A stretch of DNA of 64,000 nucleotides, taken from assembly GCA_964490105.1 (NCBI GenBank), contig CAZAZU010000001.1, forward strand, positions 86,706 to 150,705, given 5' to 3'. Shown one piece after another: positions 1 through 9,375 of the stretch (position 1 is its first letter; every line of letters begins with the position of its first letter). A program made the position numbers and the translations under genes. This DNA comes from an uncultured Gammaproteobacteria bacterium (GTDB lineage: Bacteria; Patescibacteriota; Microgenomatia; Levybacterales; UBA12049). The notes beneath the pieces were generated by a model. The model made no database searches. It saw nothing but the letters and a program-made list of their open reading frames with translations, and was not told the origin of the DNA.

Positions 1-7
1 ATCGATA

Positions 8-1177
8 TCAAACACCAGATAGTAAATCTTGGGCTTCCTTAAGATTAGAGTTATACATAACCGCTTTTTGAAATTCCTGACGAGCCAATTCTTTATTTCC
101 CTGTCTTTGATATATTTTTCCGCGCAGAATATATAGTTCTGAAAAAGCCCGGTTTTGATTATTTAAAATTCTTTCAGTTATCTGTAATACTTTTTCATCA
201 TTTCCTAATTCATAATATGAAAGTATCGGGTCAATTTGGTACCAGAGAGTTCTAAAAGAAAGCCGACTTTCTATTTTTTCAAACTCTTCTACAGATTTTT
301 CATATTCTCTAAGTTTGTAATATGCAACTGATAAATTAAAACCAGCATCAACATCATTAGGGTTTGATTCTAAGTCTTTAAGAGAATTGTCTTTAGCTTT
401 TTCCCAAGCAACTTTTTCATTTATATCTTCTCCGATAATTCTTTTTGCAATTTCCTTTTTATCTTTTGGAATTAAAACTAAATATTCATAATTAAACTTT
501 TTCCAAATGTCATCATAATCGGCATATGTATATTCCAAGTCCTTTCCCTGAAGTGAATCATCCTGAATAAAAATTCCTCGAGTATCGTCATAGCCTTTTA
601 TAATTCTATAGTGACCTATATCGTCATCTTTTTTAAGCCAAGTGCGGGTTATTACAGGAATATCTTGAGCTATGAATTGTTTTATAATTTCATCATTTCC
701 CATGGGTCTTAGGTAGGGAGTGAAGCCATACTCTTTTGATTTTTCTGCAACTTCCTCAAGTGTTACAGATTTATCATCGTTATCTCCAAAAGGTACTTGA
801 TAGGGGCGTAAAGCTTGACCCAATTCGGATTGGCTAACATTTATTCCATAAAATCTTAAAGCCATCGAAAGAGCTGCTGGACCGCAGTTATTAAAACTTT
901 GGAAGACATGATATCCGCCATTTGAAAGAGTTTTACTTGATGGAATAGGTGTTAGAGTGGGAGAGGGAGATGGCAAAACCCGATTTATGATTGACGATTT
1001 AGGATTTACGATTTGTTTAGTTTGTCTGTTTAAATAATAGAAGCCTGATATTCCTGCAATTAACATTAATATGATTATTACAGCTAAATATTTCCTGTAT
1101 GATACGGGCTGATTAATTTCTGTTTCTGAAATATTTTTGCTTGCCCTGAGATCGTTGAATGGGTTAAAATCGTCCAT
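8..1177 (-). CDS. Membrane-anchored C39-like cysteine peptidase with C-terminal TPR repeats
   Basis: N-terminal TM helix; QSFNNCGPAAL catalytic Cys motif, GHY and QDDS downstream; TPR-like helices at the C-terminus. Confidence 0.8.
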   Translation of the reverse strand: MDDFNPFNDLRASKNISETEINQPVSYRKYLAVIIILMLIAGISGFYYLNRQTKQIVNPKSSIINRVLPSPSPTLTPIPSSKTLSNGGYHVFQSFNNCGPAALSMALRFYGINVSQSELGQALRPYQVPFGDNDDKSVTLEEVAEKSKEYGFTPYLRPMGNDEIIKQFIAQDIPVITRTWLKKDDDIGHYRIIKGYDDTRGIFIQDDSLQGKDLEYTYADYDDIWKKFNYEYLVLIPKDKKEIAKRIIGEDINEKVAWEKAKDNSLKDLESNPNDVDAGFNLSVAYYKLREYEKSVEEFEKIESRLSFRTLWYQIDPILSYYELGNDEKVLQITERILNNQNRAFSELYILRGKIYQRQGNKELARQEFQKAVMYNSNLKEAQDLLSGV

Positions 1178-1786
1178 ATGAAAAAGAAAATATTAATTCT
1201 AGCTATTCTTATTATATCTTTAATTACTGTATTGAGTTTATTAATTTTTCCCAATAAGGAAGTTAAAGGTGAGCTTGCTAAAGCTCCTGAAACATCTCAC
1301 TGGTTTATGCTTCACAGAAAATCGAGCGTGGAAATTTTATATGAGGGAATTCCAGGAGACACAAATAATAGCAAAATTGTGCGTCGTTTTCAAGTAAAAA
1401 CCGGTGCATCCTGGAGCCCGACACCTCTTCCAAGGCTTGCAGGCCGGGATTATTGGAAAATAATTAAAAAAGAATCATCTGCTGATAATCCTGAGACATC
1501 TCCTTACTTTTTACAGCTTGATGTTCCTACAACTGAGGAGTGGCCGTATGGCCCCACACCTTATACAGAATGCGTTGATGCTTACTCGGGTAAAAATATT
1601 CAGTGTGATTGGATATTGCCTGGATATTTTGGGCTTCATGGAATAGGCGGTAATCCTTCAAAATTGTCAGCGGATGATTATGGAAGCTCAGGGTGCATAA
1701 GGCATAGAGATGAAGACATTACTTTTTTGTTTAATCTTTTAGATCCCCAAAAAGAAGAGATCAGATATTACGTTTCCGACATTTAG
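1178..1786 (+). CDS. L,D-transpeptidase (YkuD) family protein
   Basis: Signal/TM segment; GLHG...SSGCIR catalytic His/Cys motif. Confidence 0.75.
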   Translation: MKKKILILAILIISLITVLSLLIFPNKEVKGELAKAPETSHWFMLHRKSSVEILYEGIPGDTNNSKIVRRFQVKTGASWSPTPLPRLAGRDYWKIIKKESSADNPETSPYFLQLDVPTTEEWPYGPTPYTECVDAYSGKNIQCDWILPGYFGLHGIGGNPSKLSADDYGSSGCIRHRDEDITFLFNLLDPQKEEIRYYVSDI

Positions 1787-1810
1787 AAAACTTTGGTATA
1801 ATTTTATTTC

Positions 1811-2920
1811 ATGGAAGAAAAAGTACCGCCTCAAGCTTCAGAAATTCCAACTTTAACTCCGGCTCAAAAAAGAAAGAAAATAATTTTATTGCTCGCTGCT
1901 TTAATTGGAATTAATGTTTTAGTTTTTGGGGGACTTTATTCAGTCCTATCAAGTAATAAAACTGTTGGTGAAGTCACAAATCAAAAAATATCTACCGTAA
2001 ATCCATCTCCAACACCATTTCCCTTTGAGGAACTTACTATTCCATACTTGAGAAACAGAGAATATAAAAGCAATATACCAGTGATTGAGGAAAACTCAAG
2101 AAACGAAGACTATATCTCAAGCCTAGCTAGTTATGAGTCCGACGGAAATACTATTTTTGCCCAGTTAACAAATCCAACGGGTATGCCTCCTGAGGGTGGT
2201 TGGCCAGCAATTATTTTTGTGCATGGATATATTCCGCCAGCAAATTATCAGACTTTTAGCAATTATTCATCATATGTTGATTATTTAGCCCGAAAAGGAT
2301 TTGTAGTTTTTAAAATTGATTTAAGAGGACATGGACAGAGTGAAGGGGAAGCTGGGGGAGCATATTATTCATCTGATTATGTTATCGACGTGCTAAATGC
2401 ATATGCGGCACTTGAAAAATATGAGTTTGTGAATCCTAGGAAAATCGGACTTTGGGGACATTCAATGGCAGGAAATGTAATTTCCCGCGCCCTAGGGGCA
2501 AAGCCTGATATACCCGCAATCGCGATTTGGGGTGGAGCGGTCTATACATATGCTGATTTCACCGAATTTAGCATAGAGGACAATAGTTATCAGCCTCCAA
2601 GTGATGATTCTCCTAGTCGAAAAAAACGAAATGAAATGTTTGAAAAATATGGAGCATTTAATGAAAAATCAGAATTCTGGAAGAAGGTACCTGTTACAAA
2701 CTATTTAGACGAAATAACTGGCGCTATATCTCTAAATCATGCAGTTGACGACTCAGTTGTAGATATTGGTTATAGTAGGAACTTCAACGAAATTCTAGAT
2801 AGGACAGAAATTCCGCATGAGCTTAATGAATATCCGAGTGGTGGGCATAATTTTACTGGGAGTGCTTTTACAGAAGCGATGAATAAGACAATTGAATTCT
2901 ATAATAAATATCTAAATTAG
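1811..2920 (+). CDS. Membrane-anchored alpha/beta hydrolase (S9/esterase-like)
   Basis: HGY, DLRGHG, GHSMAG nucleophile elbow, DSVV and GGHNF triad motifs; TATAAT 8 nt before ATG. Confidence 0.85.
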   Translation: MEEKVPPQASEIPTLTPAQKRKKIILLLAALIGINVLVFGGLYSVLSSNKTVGEVTNQKISTVNPSPTPFPFEELTIPYLRNREYKSNIPVIEENSRNEDYISSLASYESDGNTIFAQLTNPTGMPPEGGWPAIIFVHGYIPPANYQTFSNYSSYVDYLARKGFVVFKIDLRGHGQSEGEAGGAYYSSDYVIDVLNAYAALEKYEFVNPRKIGLWGHSMAGNVISRALGAKPDIPAIAIWGGAVYTYADFTEFSIEDNSYQPPSDDSPSRKKRNEMFEKYGAFNEKSEFWKKVPVTNYLDEITGAISLNHAVDDSVVDIGYSRNFNEILDRTEIPHELNEYPSGGHNFTGSAFTEAMNKTIEFYNKYLN

Positions 2921-2985
2921 AATTTGTTATAATTCAACTTACTTTAAGGTTTAACCCACTCTAATTTAAAGATCGGAGGTGAATG

Positions 2986-3483
2986 ATGGAAGAAGAAGCT
3001 AAAAAAACAGGTATTAGCAAAACCATGATTATGGTAGGAATAGCGGTAGTTATCATTATCGCAGCAGTTGCAATCGGAGGTTTTGTTTTAACCAAAAATA
3101 AAGAGCAGGCTGTAGTAGAAGCTCCGCAAGAAAGCGTAACTGGAGCAATGAGTGAGACCAGGGAAGCGGGAACTAAAGCTACATACAAAGACGGTACGTA
3201 TGAAGCAAAGGGTGAATATTCCTATCACTCAGGTACAGAATCAATTGACGTTACAGTAACGCTTGCAAATGGAGTAATTGAGGATGTTGAGGTTGTGGCG
3301 CAAGCAAAAGCACCAACTTCAAAGAAAATTCAGGCAGATTTCATCGCCAACTATAAAGAACAGGTTGTTGGAAAAAATATTGATGAGGTTAATCTTGGAA
3401 AAATTTCTGGATCAAGTTTGACTCCAGTCGGATTTAACGCGGCACTTGAAGATATTAAGGCACAAGCGCAAGCTAGTTCTTAA
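2986..3483 (+). CDS. Membrane-anchored FMN-binding (flavinylation substrate) protein
   Basis: TM helix, YKDGTY...VTVTL fold, ISGSSLT flavinylation-like motif; SD GGAGGTGA favours the second ATG (2986); adjacent to apbE. Confidence 0.8.
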   Translation: MEEEAKKTGISKTMIMVGIAVVIIIAAVAIGGFVLTKNKEQAVVEAPQESVTGAMSETREAGTKATYKDGTYEAKGEYSYHSGTESIDVTVTLANGVIEDVEVVAQAKAPTSKKIQADFIANYKEQVVGKNIDEVNLGKISGSSLTPVGFNAALEDIKAQAQASS

Positions 3484-3485
3484 GT

Positions 3486-4373
3486 ATGAATTCGTTCCAG
3501 CTGGCTTTTGAAGCAATCGGTACTCAATGGGTAATCGATTGTTTTGATGTACCAATTTCCAAAGAAGAAACCTTGTCCATTATAACCACAAGGATTGAAG
3601 AATTTGATAAGACTTATTCCCGTTTTCGAAAAGATTCAATTGTATGGAAAATATCTGAAAAAACAGGTGAATATGAATTTCCACCTGACGCAAAAGAGTT
3701 ATTTTCTCTTTACGAAAAACTCGAACTTATAACAAATAGCGCCTTCACACTTCTTATCGGAAACACTTTAGTAGAAGCTGGTTATGACTCTGATTATAAA
3801 TTAAAACCAGGAAGAATAAATAAACTACCAAAATCATCAGAAGTTTATTCATATAAGTATCCGTTGTTAACTGTAAAAAAACCATTTATTCTAGATTTTG
3901 GCGGACTTGGAAAAGGTTATTTGATTGATATCATTGCGAATCTTCTTTTAGAAAATAATATTAACACTTTTACGATCGATGGTGGGGGAGACATCTATTA
4001 TAAAAACGATGAAAAAGTTTTAAGTGTAGGACTTGAGCATCCGGGAAATTATAAACAAGTAATTGGGATCGCAAAGATAAAAAATCAAAGTATTGCAGCT
4101 TCTTCTGGAAATAGAAGGGCGTGGGATAGGTTTCACCACATAATAGATGCAAATTCTTTAAAGTCTCCGGATAAAATTCTTGCTACGTGGGTGGTTGCAA
4201 ATGACGCAGTTACTGCAGACGGATTAGCAACATGTTTATTTTTTGTTTCAGAGGAAAAACTATTAAAATATTTTGAATTTGAATACTTAATTCTATATCC
4301 GGATTACTCTTTTAAAAAGTCTAATGGATTTCCTGCTGAGCTATTTATTCAAAAAGAAAATTTAGTACAATGA
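3486..4373 (+). CDS. apbE: FAD:protein FMN transferase ApbE
   Basis: AIGT, DFGGLGKGY, DGGGD, ASSG, HHIID and ADGLAT motifs. Confidence 0.92.
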   Translation: MNSFQLAFEAIGTQWVIDCFDVPISKEETLSIITTRIEEFDKTYSRFRKDSIVWKISEKTGEYEFPPDAKELFSLYEKLELITNSAFTLLIGNTLVEAGYDSDYKLKPGRINKLPKSSEVYSYKYPLLTVKKPFILDFGGLGKGYLIDIIANLLLENNINTFTIDGGGDIYYKNDEKVLSVGLEHPGNYKQVIGIAKIKNQSIAASSGNRRAWDRFHHIIDANSLKSPDKILATWVVANDAVTADGLATCLFFVSEEKLLKYFEFEYLILYPDYSFKKSNGFPAELFIQKENLVQ

Positions 4374-4377
4374 TATC

Positions 4378-5886
4378 GTGAGGGGAATAGATAATTTACT
4401 TAACAGTTTTACAACTTATAGAGTAGTTCTCTGCGGACTGATTTTTCTCGCATGTATATCCATATTTTTTTCAGGCATAGGAATTGTTCCATTTTCAACA
4501 ATTAACTTGGTTGTTAGTTTGCTTCTTATTCTTGCTTCCTGTTTTATATCAAATTTTATATATGCGAAAATTTTTAAAGTTCAGGTAAATATTGAGTCGT
4601 TCGCAATTACTGGGTTAATTCTATTCTTAATCCTCACTCCATATGAACTGGGAAATTCTCCATTAAATTACATTTTGTTTTCTACAATTGCGATGGGTTC
4701 AAAATATGTTTTGGCAATTCATAAAAAGCATATTTTTAATCCTGCAGCATTTTCCCTTGTAGTAATGGGTTTGTTTGGTGCATATGAGGGTGAATGGTGG
4801 ATTGGAAATACATTCCTATTCCCATTTGTTTTATTGGTAGGACTTTTAATTGTTAGAAAAGTTAGAAAGTTTAGTCTTTTCATTTCTTATTTTATCTTTG
4901 CGGTTATTTCAATTTCTATTTTTGCTTATTTGAATGGATCAGATGTATTAAAAATATTAAGTCAGGCAATTCCATCATGGCCTCTTCTTTTTTTGGGAAC
5001 CATTATGCTGACAGAACCTTTAACTATGCCGCCGAAAAGACGTCTTCAAGTATTTTATGGCGCTTTGGTGGGTTTTCTAACGGGTGTGCAGTTTAATATC
5101 GGCCCTTTCTTTATGACATCTGAGACTGCACTTATTCTAGGAAATATTTTTTCCTATTTTGTAAGTTTTAGAAAAAGATTAATTTTAGAATTTAAAGAAA
5201 AAATTGAATTGTCTCCAAATATCTACGAATTTATTTTTAAAAAACCTTCATCGCTTTCATTTCTGCCAGGACAATATTTTGAATGGACACTTGGTAACAG
5301 AAGACCAGATTCTAGAGGAGTAAGGAGATATTTTACTATTTCATCAAGTCCTACTGAAAATGACATAAGGCTTGGTGTAAGACTTGAAAAAGACAAAGGA
5401 AGTAGTTTTAAAAAATCACTTTTAAATTTAGCTCCAGGACAAAAAATTTATGCAGGAAATTTATCAGGGGATTTTACGCTTCCAAAAAATAAAAATGAAA
5501 AAATAGTTTTCATAGCGGGCGGAATTGGTATAACACCTTTTAGAAGCATGATTAGTTTTATGTTGGATAAAAATGAAAACAGAGACATAGTTTTATTTTA
5601 TTCAAATGCAAAACCCGAGGATTTTGTTTATAGAGATATATTTTACTCTGCAAGGCAGAATGGTTTAAAAACTGTTTATATTTTAACTAAAGAAACGACA
5701 GAAAATTGGAATGGATATACAGGTAGATTAACAGCTGAAATTATTAAAAAAGAAGTTTCTGATTTTACCAATAGAACATATTATCTTTCTGGGCCCATTG
5801 CAATGGTGGACAATTATAAAAAACTCTTAAGAAGGTTGGGTATAAAACAAAATAAAATAATTACAGATTATTTCCCCGGATTCTAA
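4378..5886 (+). CDS. RnfD/NqrB-like membrane domain fused to FNR-type FAD/NAD(P)-binding oxidoreductase
   Basis: Multi-TM N-half with HIFNPA and MLTEPLT (RnfD-like); C-half with RYFTISS, GGIGITP, SGP; GTG start 6 nt after TACAAT. Confidence 0.85.
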   Translation: MRGIDNLLNSFTTYRVVLCGLIFLACISIFFSGIGIVPFSTINLVVSLLLILASCFISNFIYAKIFKVQVNIESFAITGLILFLILTPYELGNSPLNYILFSTIAMGSKYVLAIHKKHIFNPAAFSLVVMGLFGAYEGEWWIGNTFLFPFVLLVGLLIVRKVRKFSLFISYFIFAVISISIFAYLNGSDVLKILSQAIPSWPLLFLGTIMLTEPLTMPPKRRLQVFYGALVGFLTGVQFNIGPFFMTSETALILGNIFSYFVSFRKRLILEFKEKIELSPNIYEFIFKKPSSLSFLPGQYFEWTLGNRRPDSRGVRRYFTISSSPTENDIRLGVRLEKDKGSSFKKSLLNLAPGQKIYAGNLSGDFTLPKNKNEKIVFIAGGIGITPFRSMISFMLDKNENRDIVLFYSNAKPEDFVYRDIFYSARQNGLKTVYILTKETTENWNGYTGRLTAEIIKKEVSDFTNRTYYLSGPIAMVDNYKKLLRRLGIKQNKIITDYFPGF

Positions 5887-6002
5887 TAGAAAAAAATAAT
5901 CGATTTTTATCGTACGATTAGTAAATGCTGCAATTTAAATATTGACAGAAATATATAATTGTTCATTTGACTTGGAAATAATTAAAGAGTATTTTGAGAT
6001 TA

Positions 6003-6494
6003 ATGGCTCTAATTGAAGCCTACGCTGGGTTTTTAGCAAAACAAGCTGAATTGGCTAAATATCAGAAAATGGCAAGAATTCTTACTCTTTCTCAGAGAGA
6101 GGCTGTTATCTCTCTTCTTCCAGTAATTCCAGAAATAAATGATAAGACCAGAGTGATTTTTAATGGTGCACAGATAGCTTTAATTGGTCAGGTTGTAGAT
6201 AGATTTGTAAATGGACAAGCAGAAGGACAGGGGGTTGATCTTATAGTTGCAAACAATTCTGTACCAGGCCCGCATCTAGATGGTTTATCCGAATTTGTTG
6301 CTGGAGAATTTTTTTTAATGAGTAGTGGAGGGATTAGAACAGTTCACGAGACGCCAATTTATAGGATTCTTTCAAGCGGTGGAGATAATTCTACTAGGAT
6401 AATCTTAAACACAGAAAGAGTAGACGATAGGCGAAGAATAAAAGCATCTAGAGATCCGGGAAATATGACATTTGTTAATCTAAGTTTAGGATAG
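6003..6494 (+). CDS. Hypothetical protein (possible degenerate nucleotidyltransferase fold)
   Basis: ORF; TTGACT-17-TATTTT-7 nt-ATG places the start at 6003; LIGQV...GVDLIV loosely resembles the GS...DxD motif. Confidence 0.55.
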   Translation: MALIEAYAGFLAKQAELAKYQKMARILTLSQREAVISLLPVIPEINDKTRVIFNGAQIALIGQVVDRFVNGQAEGQGVDLIVANNSVPGPHLDGLSEFVAGEFFLMSSGGIRTVHETPIYRILSSGGDNSTRIILNTERVDDRRRIKASRDPGNMTFVNLSLG

Positions 6495-6517
6495 TAAAAA
6501 TTAAAGGAGGTGAAAAT

Positions 6518-6688
6518 ATGAAAGATAATGCTGGGCTTTCAGCCATTTATTGCACAGGAATAATAGGAGCCGCGATTTATTATATTCAGGTAACTTCTGG
6601 ATTTCAGGAGACAATCTGGGGTCTAATAAAAGCCCTATTCTGGCCAGGAGTTTTCGTTTACGAAGTAATGAAAATGCTTAGCCTTTAA
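6518..6688 (+). CDS. Small two-TM membrane protein (56 aa), not in ORF track
   Basis: SD AAGGAGGTGA; MKDNAGLSAIYCTGIIGAAIYYIQVTSGFQETIWGLIKALFWPGVFVYEVMKMLSL. Confidence 0.8.
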   Translation: MKDNAGLSAIYCTGIIGAAIYYIQVTSGFQETIWGLIKALFWPGVFVYEVMKMLSL

Positions 6689-6741
6689 CTCCTAGGATTA
6701 CCCAAATTAGCAGGTATCTCTTGTGGGCCTCTAGTCAATCA

Positions 6742-6778
6742 TTGACCGAGTCTTATAGTAATTGTATAATCTACGCTT
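6742..6778 (+). promoter_or_regulatory. sigma70 promoter, leaderless
   Basis: TTGACC(6742)-17-TATAAT(6765)-8 nt-ATG. Confidence 0.8.
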
Positions 6779-7594
6779 ATGGTTTCAGAAGTATTTGATG
6801 GTCGCGGTCAAGATGGTGGGAGTCCAGCGCCACGCATTTTATTTCCTTTAGCTCAAGTAGAAGAAGGATCAAGTATGGTTGTGGCAAGAAGCGTAGGCGA
6901 ATATGCTCCTAATCCAGATGTGCCCCAAGGATTTAGCCTGCATCCTGATTTCTCTCACCTAAAAGTATTATTAAATGAAGATGGAAATCCGCATGTGCTT
7001 GTGCAGCCAGACGGTGAAATGATTCATTTAGCAAATAGAGATTATGATGATACAGATCTTTCCTTAAATAAATTTCTCTCAGGTAGCTTAACTGCTAAGC
7101 TAAATTCAGGAACGGATCCAATTTCAGTTCTTGATGTTGGGGGAGGCTATAAATCGTCTACAGCAATTGAAATAGGAGCAAGTAACGAGAGATTCAGAGT
7201 TACAAATGTGGACATTTTATTAAAAAATGCAACTCCAGTTTCAGGAAAAGCTCCTCGAAATGTGACACCTGTTTTAGGAGATGCCAGGAATTTACACGTC
7301 CCTGATAATTCCCAGGATGTTGTTTTTTCATCGAGACTTTTAATTTATATGAATGAGGAAGATTTTATTGCAGCATTTAAAGAAATCGTAAGAGTTTTGA
7401 AACCGGGCGGAGAAGCGATTTTGTTTGATTTGCCCATGGAAGCAGGGCGAAGTACACGCTTGACGCAAAGACTATCACGGGAATTAAATGTCGATGTGCC
7501 TGATTGGGAAATTGAAAGTTTTATAGGGATTGGATATGTAGTTTTAGTTTCAAAGCCGGAAAAGTTGGAAAAATCGGTTGCCGCAGAAGTTTAA
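6779..7594 (+). CDS. Class I SAM-dependent methyltransferase
   Basis: VLDVGGG motif I, GDARNL, DVVFS, RVLKPGG. Confidence 0.85.
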   Translation: MVSEVFDGRGQDGGSPAPRILFPLAQVEEGSSMVVARSVGEYAPNPDVPQGFSLHPDFSHLKVLLNEDGNPHVLVQPDGEMIHLANRDYDDTDLSLNKFLSGSLTAKLNSGTDPISVLDVGGGYKSSTAIEIGASNERFRVTNVDILLKNATPVSGKAPRNVTPVLGDARNLHVPDNSQDVVFSSRLLIYMNEEDFIAAFKEIVRVLKPGGEAILFDLPMEAGRSTRLTQRLSRELNVDVPDWEIESFIGIGYVVLVSKPEKLEKSVAAEV

Positions 7595-7595
7595 T

Positions 7596-8219
7596 CTAGC
7601 CTCTATAGCCTCTTCTTTGACCAAATACATCATTACTTGCGATAGGCGCAGAAAAATCCTTAATCCGTAGAGTTCTTGTGACGCTGCCAAATCTTGGTTG
7701 AACTGGACCAGTAACATGATCTAAAAAATTCCCAGGAGTAATAGGTCTGTTAGGATCAAAAGGAGGAGGAGAAGTAGGATCTTGATAAGTTTGGGTAACT
7801 GGTTCTGGTTCAGGACGAGCTAACTGCTGTGTAAATAATGAAGCATAGTCGCTAAGGGATCTAAAAGCCATGGTAGGATTTAATCCGCGAAGAGTCGCGA
7901 GGAATTCGTCCATCCTACTTCGCTCAACTGGCGATAGAAATGGATAGTTATCAATTCTTGCGAGCGTAACTAATTTTACGTCGAGAATTCTTTTAGTCAT
8001 TTGATCCTGCATATGAGCTATTTGTTTTTCTGAAAGCCCAGTTAAGTCAATTCCACTGATTACCGCTTCTGCCATGGATGCATCAATAGTACCGTGTCTT
8101 CTTCGTGTAGGATCCTCAGGATCTGGCTCTGCGAGTTTTAATGCTATAACATCTTCTACAGCCTTCCAATCAATAGGATCTTTATCTTTTTTCCCTCTTC
8201 TAGGTTCCTGATCTACCAT
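7596..8219 (-). CDS. Hypothetical protein
   Basis: 207 aa ORF with own TTGACA-17-TATAAA-8 nt-ATG promoter. Confidence 0.7.
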   Translation of the reverse strand: MVDQEPRRGKKDKDPIDWKAVEDVIALKLAEPDPEDPTRRRHGTIDASMAEAVISGIDLTGLSEKQIAHMQDQMTKRILDVKLVTLARIDNYPFLSPVERSRMDEFLATLRGLNPTMAFRSLSDYASLFTQQLARPEPEPVTQTYQDPTSPPPFDPNRPITPGNFLDHVTGPVQPRFGSVTRTLRIKDFSAPIASNDVFGQRRGYRG

Positions 8220-8227
8220 AAGGGATG

Positions 8228-8297
8228 TTTATACTACTAAATATTTGTTCTGTCAACTAAATTTAGCCTTGACATAATCTTATAGTATTTATATAAT
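8228..8297. promoter_or_regulatory. Back-to-back divergent sigma70 leaderless promoters
   Basis: Minus strand: TTGACA(8256-8251)-17-TATAAA. Plus strand: TTGACA(8269)-17-TATAAT(8292)-6 nt-ATG. Confidence 0.85.
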
Positions 8298-8303
8298 CCG
8301 CGC

Positions 8304-8687
8304 ATGGAAAAAAGCGATAGAAAAACACCGCCAGAAGAATTAAGAAGACAGGCTTCAATTAGACTTGCGCAGGTGAAAGCAGCAGGATTAGATGGTCAGG
8401 TAGGAGAAGTCGCGCGTTTTATGGCTTACGCTGCAGGATTTGAGATGGAAGCATTCGCCACTTATCCAAGACAGGATTTTAAAAATAGAAGAAAAAGCGG
8501 GATGGCTGCATTTAGACTTTTCTCAGAAATTTCCGACCATCAGCATGTGGTGACTTTTGGAACATTAATGCTTGAAATTCTTGATGGAAATTTATCCCGT
8601 GATGCTAAAAGAGAGATTAAAACAGGCATTAAGAAATCTAGAGCTCAGCTTCCTCAAAGCCCGATACCTCCAGTACAGAATATTTAA
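8304..8687 (+). CDS. Hypothetical helical (TPR-like) protein, paralog of 9376-9771
   Basis: ORF with consensus promoter; ungapped similarity to the 9376 protein. Confidence 0.7.
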   Translation: MEKSDRKTPPEELRRQASIRLAQVKAAGLDGQVGEVARFMAYAAGFEMEAFATYPRQDFKNRRKSGMAAFRLFSEISDHQHVVTFGTLMLEILDGNLSRDAKREIKTGIKKSRAQLPQSPIPPVQNI

Positions 8688-8715
8688 GTTTTAGCCTTGA
8701 TTCTGAAGAAAGAAT

Positions 8716-9312
8716 CTATTTTGGTAGAAACACATATCCGTTTTGGATTCCCTGTGGGCTTTTTATAGCGATTCCTTCAGTGACTAAACTATCCCAAATT
8801 CTCGTTGCAGGAGCAGAAGGAGATAAGCCGGAATGAAGTGGAAGGCGATATGACATTTGAGAAAGAGCATTCATCACAAAAAGTCTTCTTCTCCCAAGGC
8901 CTTGTTTTTCAAAACCACTTTTAGTGTCCGTATATCCTACGAAAGGCTTACCTTTATAAAGTGGATGATTATTCGAAGCCACGTATCCACTCCCAACAGT
9001 TTCTCCATTTTTATCAATATCTACTAGAAATATGTTTTGTGGATTTAAAGGTGCGCCGTCTAACATTTGATCTATGGCGTATCTAGCGACAAAAGTAGTG
9101 CTCCCATCATCGTGAGAAATCCTGCTTACTTCCTGAAATTTTTTATAATCAAACACGCTTTGATCATCATATTCTGCATAAGGTTTTACCTCAGCAATAA
9201 AAGCTTCAGGGAGTTCGGTTATAGGTTCAATTCTTCCAGCAGGGAAATATCTATGGAATACTTCTGCATCTGATTCTTGTGGCGCGTCTCCTGAAATAGG
9301 TACATCACTCAT
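8716..9312 (-). CDS. GNAT-like acetyltransferase fold protein
   Basis: FEKQGLGRR resembles the acetyl-CoA binding QxxGxG motif; extended -10 TGG-TAAAAT 6 nt before ATG. Confidence 0.6.
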   Translation of the reverse strand: MSDVPISGDAPQESDAEVFHRYFPAGRIEPITELPEAFIAEVKPYAEYDDQSVFDYKKFQEVSRISHDDGSTTFVARYAIDQMLDGAPLNPQNIFLVDIDKNGETVGSGYVASNNHPLYKGKPFVGYTDTKSGFEKQGLGRRRLFVMNALSQMSYRLPLHSGLSPSAPATRIWDSLVTEGIAIKSPQGIQNGYVFLPK

Positions 9313-9375
9313 AAAATCATTTTACCATTCTTTAAATTCTTGACACCGAAGCAAAAGAAAGTATAATCACTCCTT

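Noticed and set aside
5073-5085. TTCTAACGGG inside the RnfD-FNR gene, matching the MITE end
   Set aside because: Single half-site with no partner arm; encodes an ordinary GFLTG TM segment.
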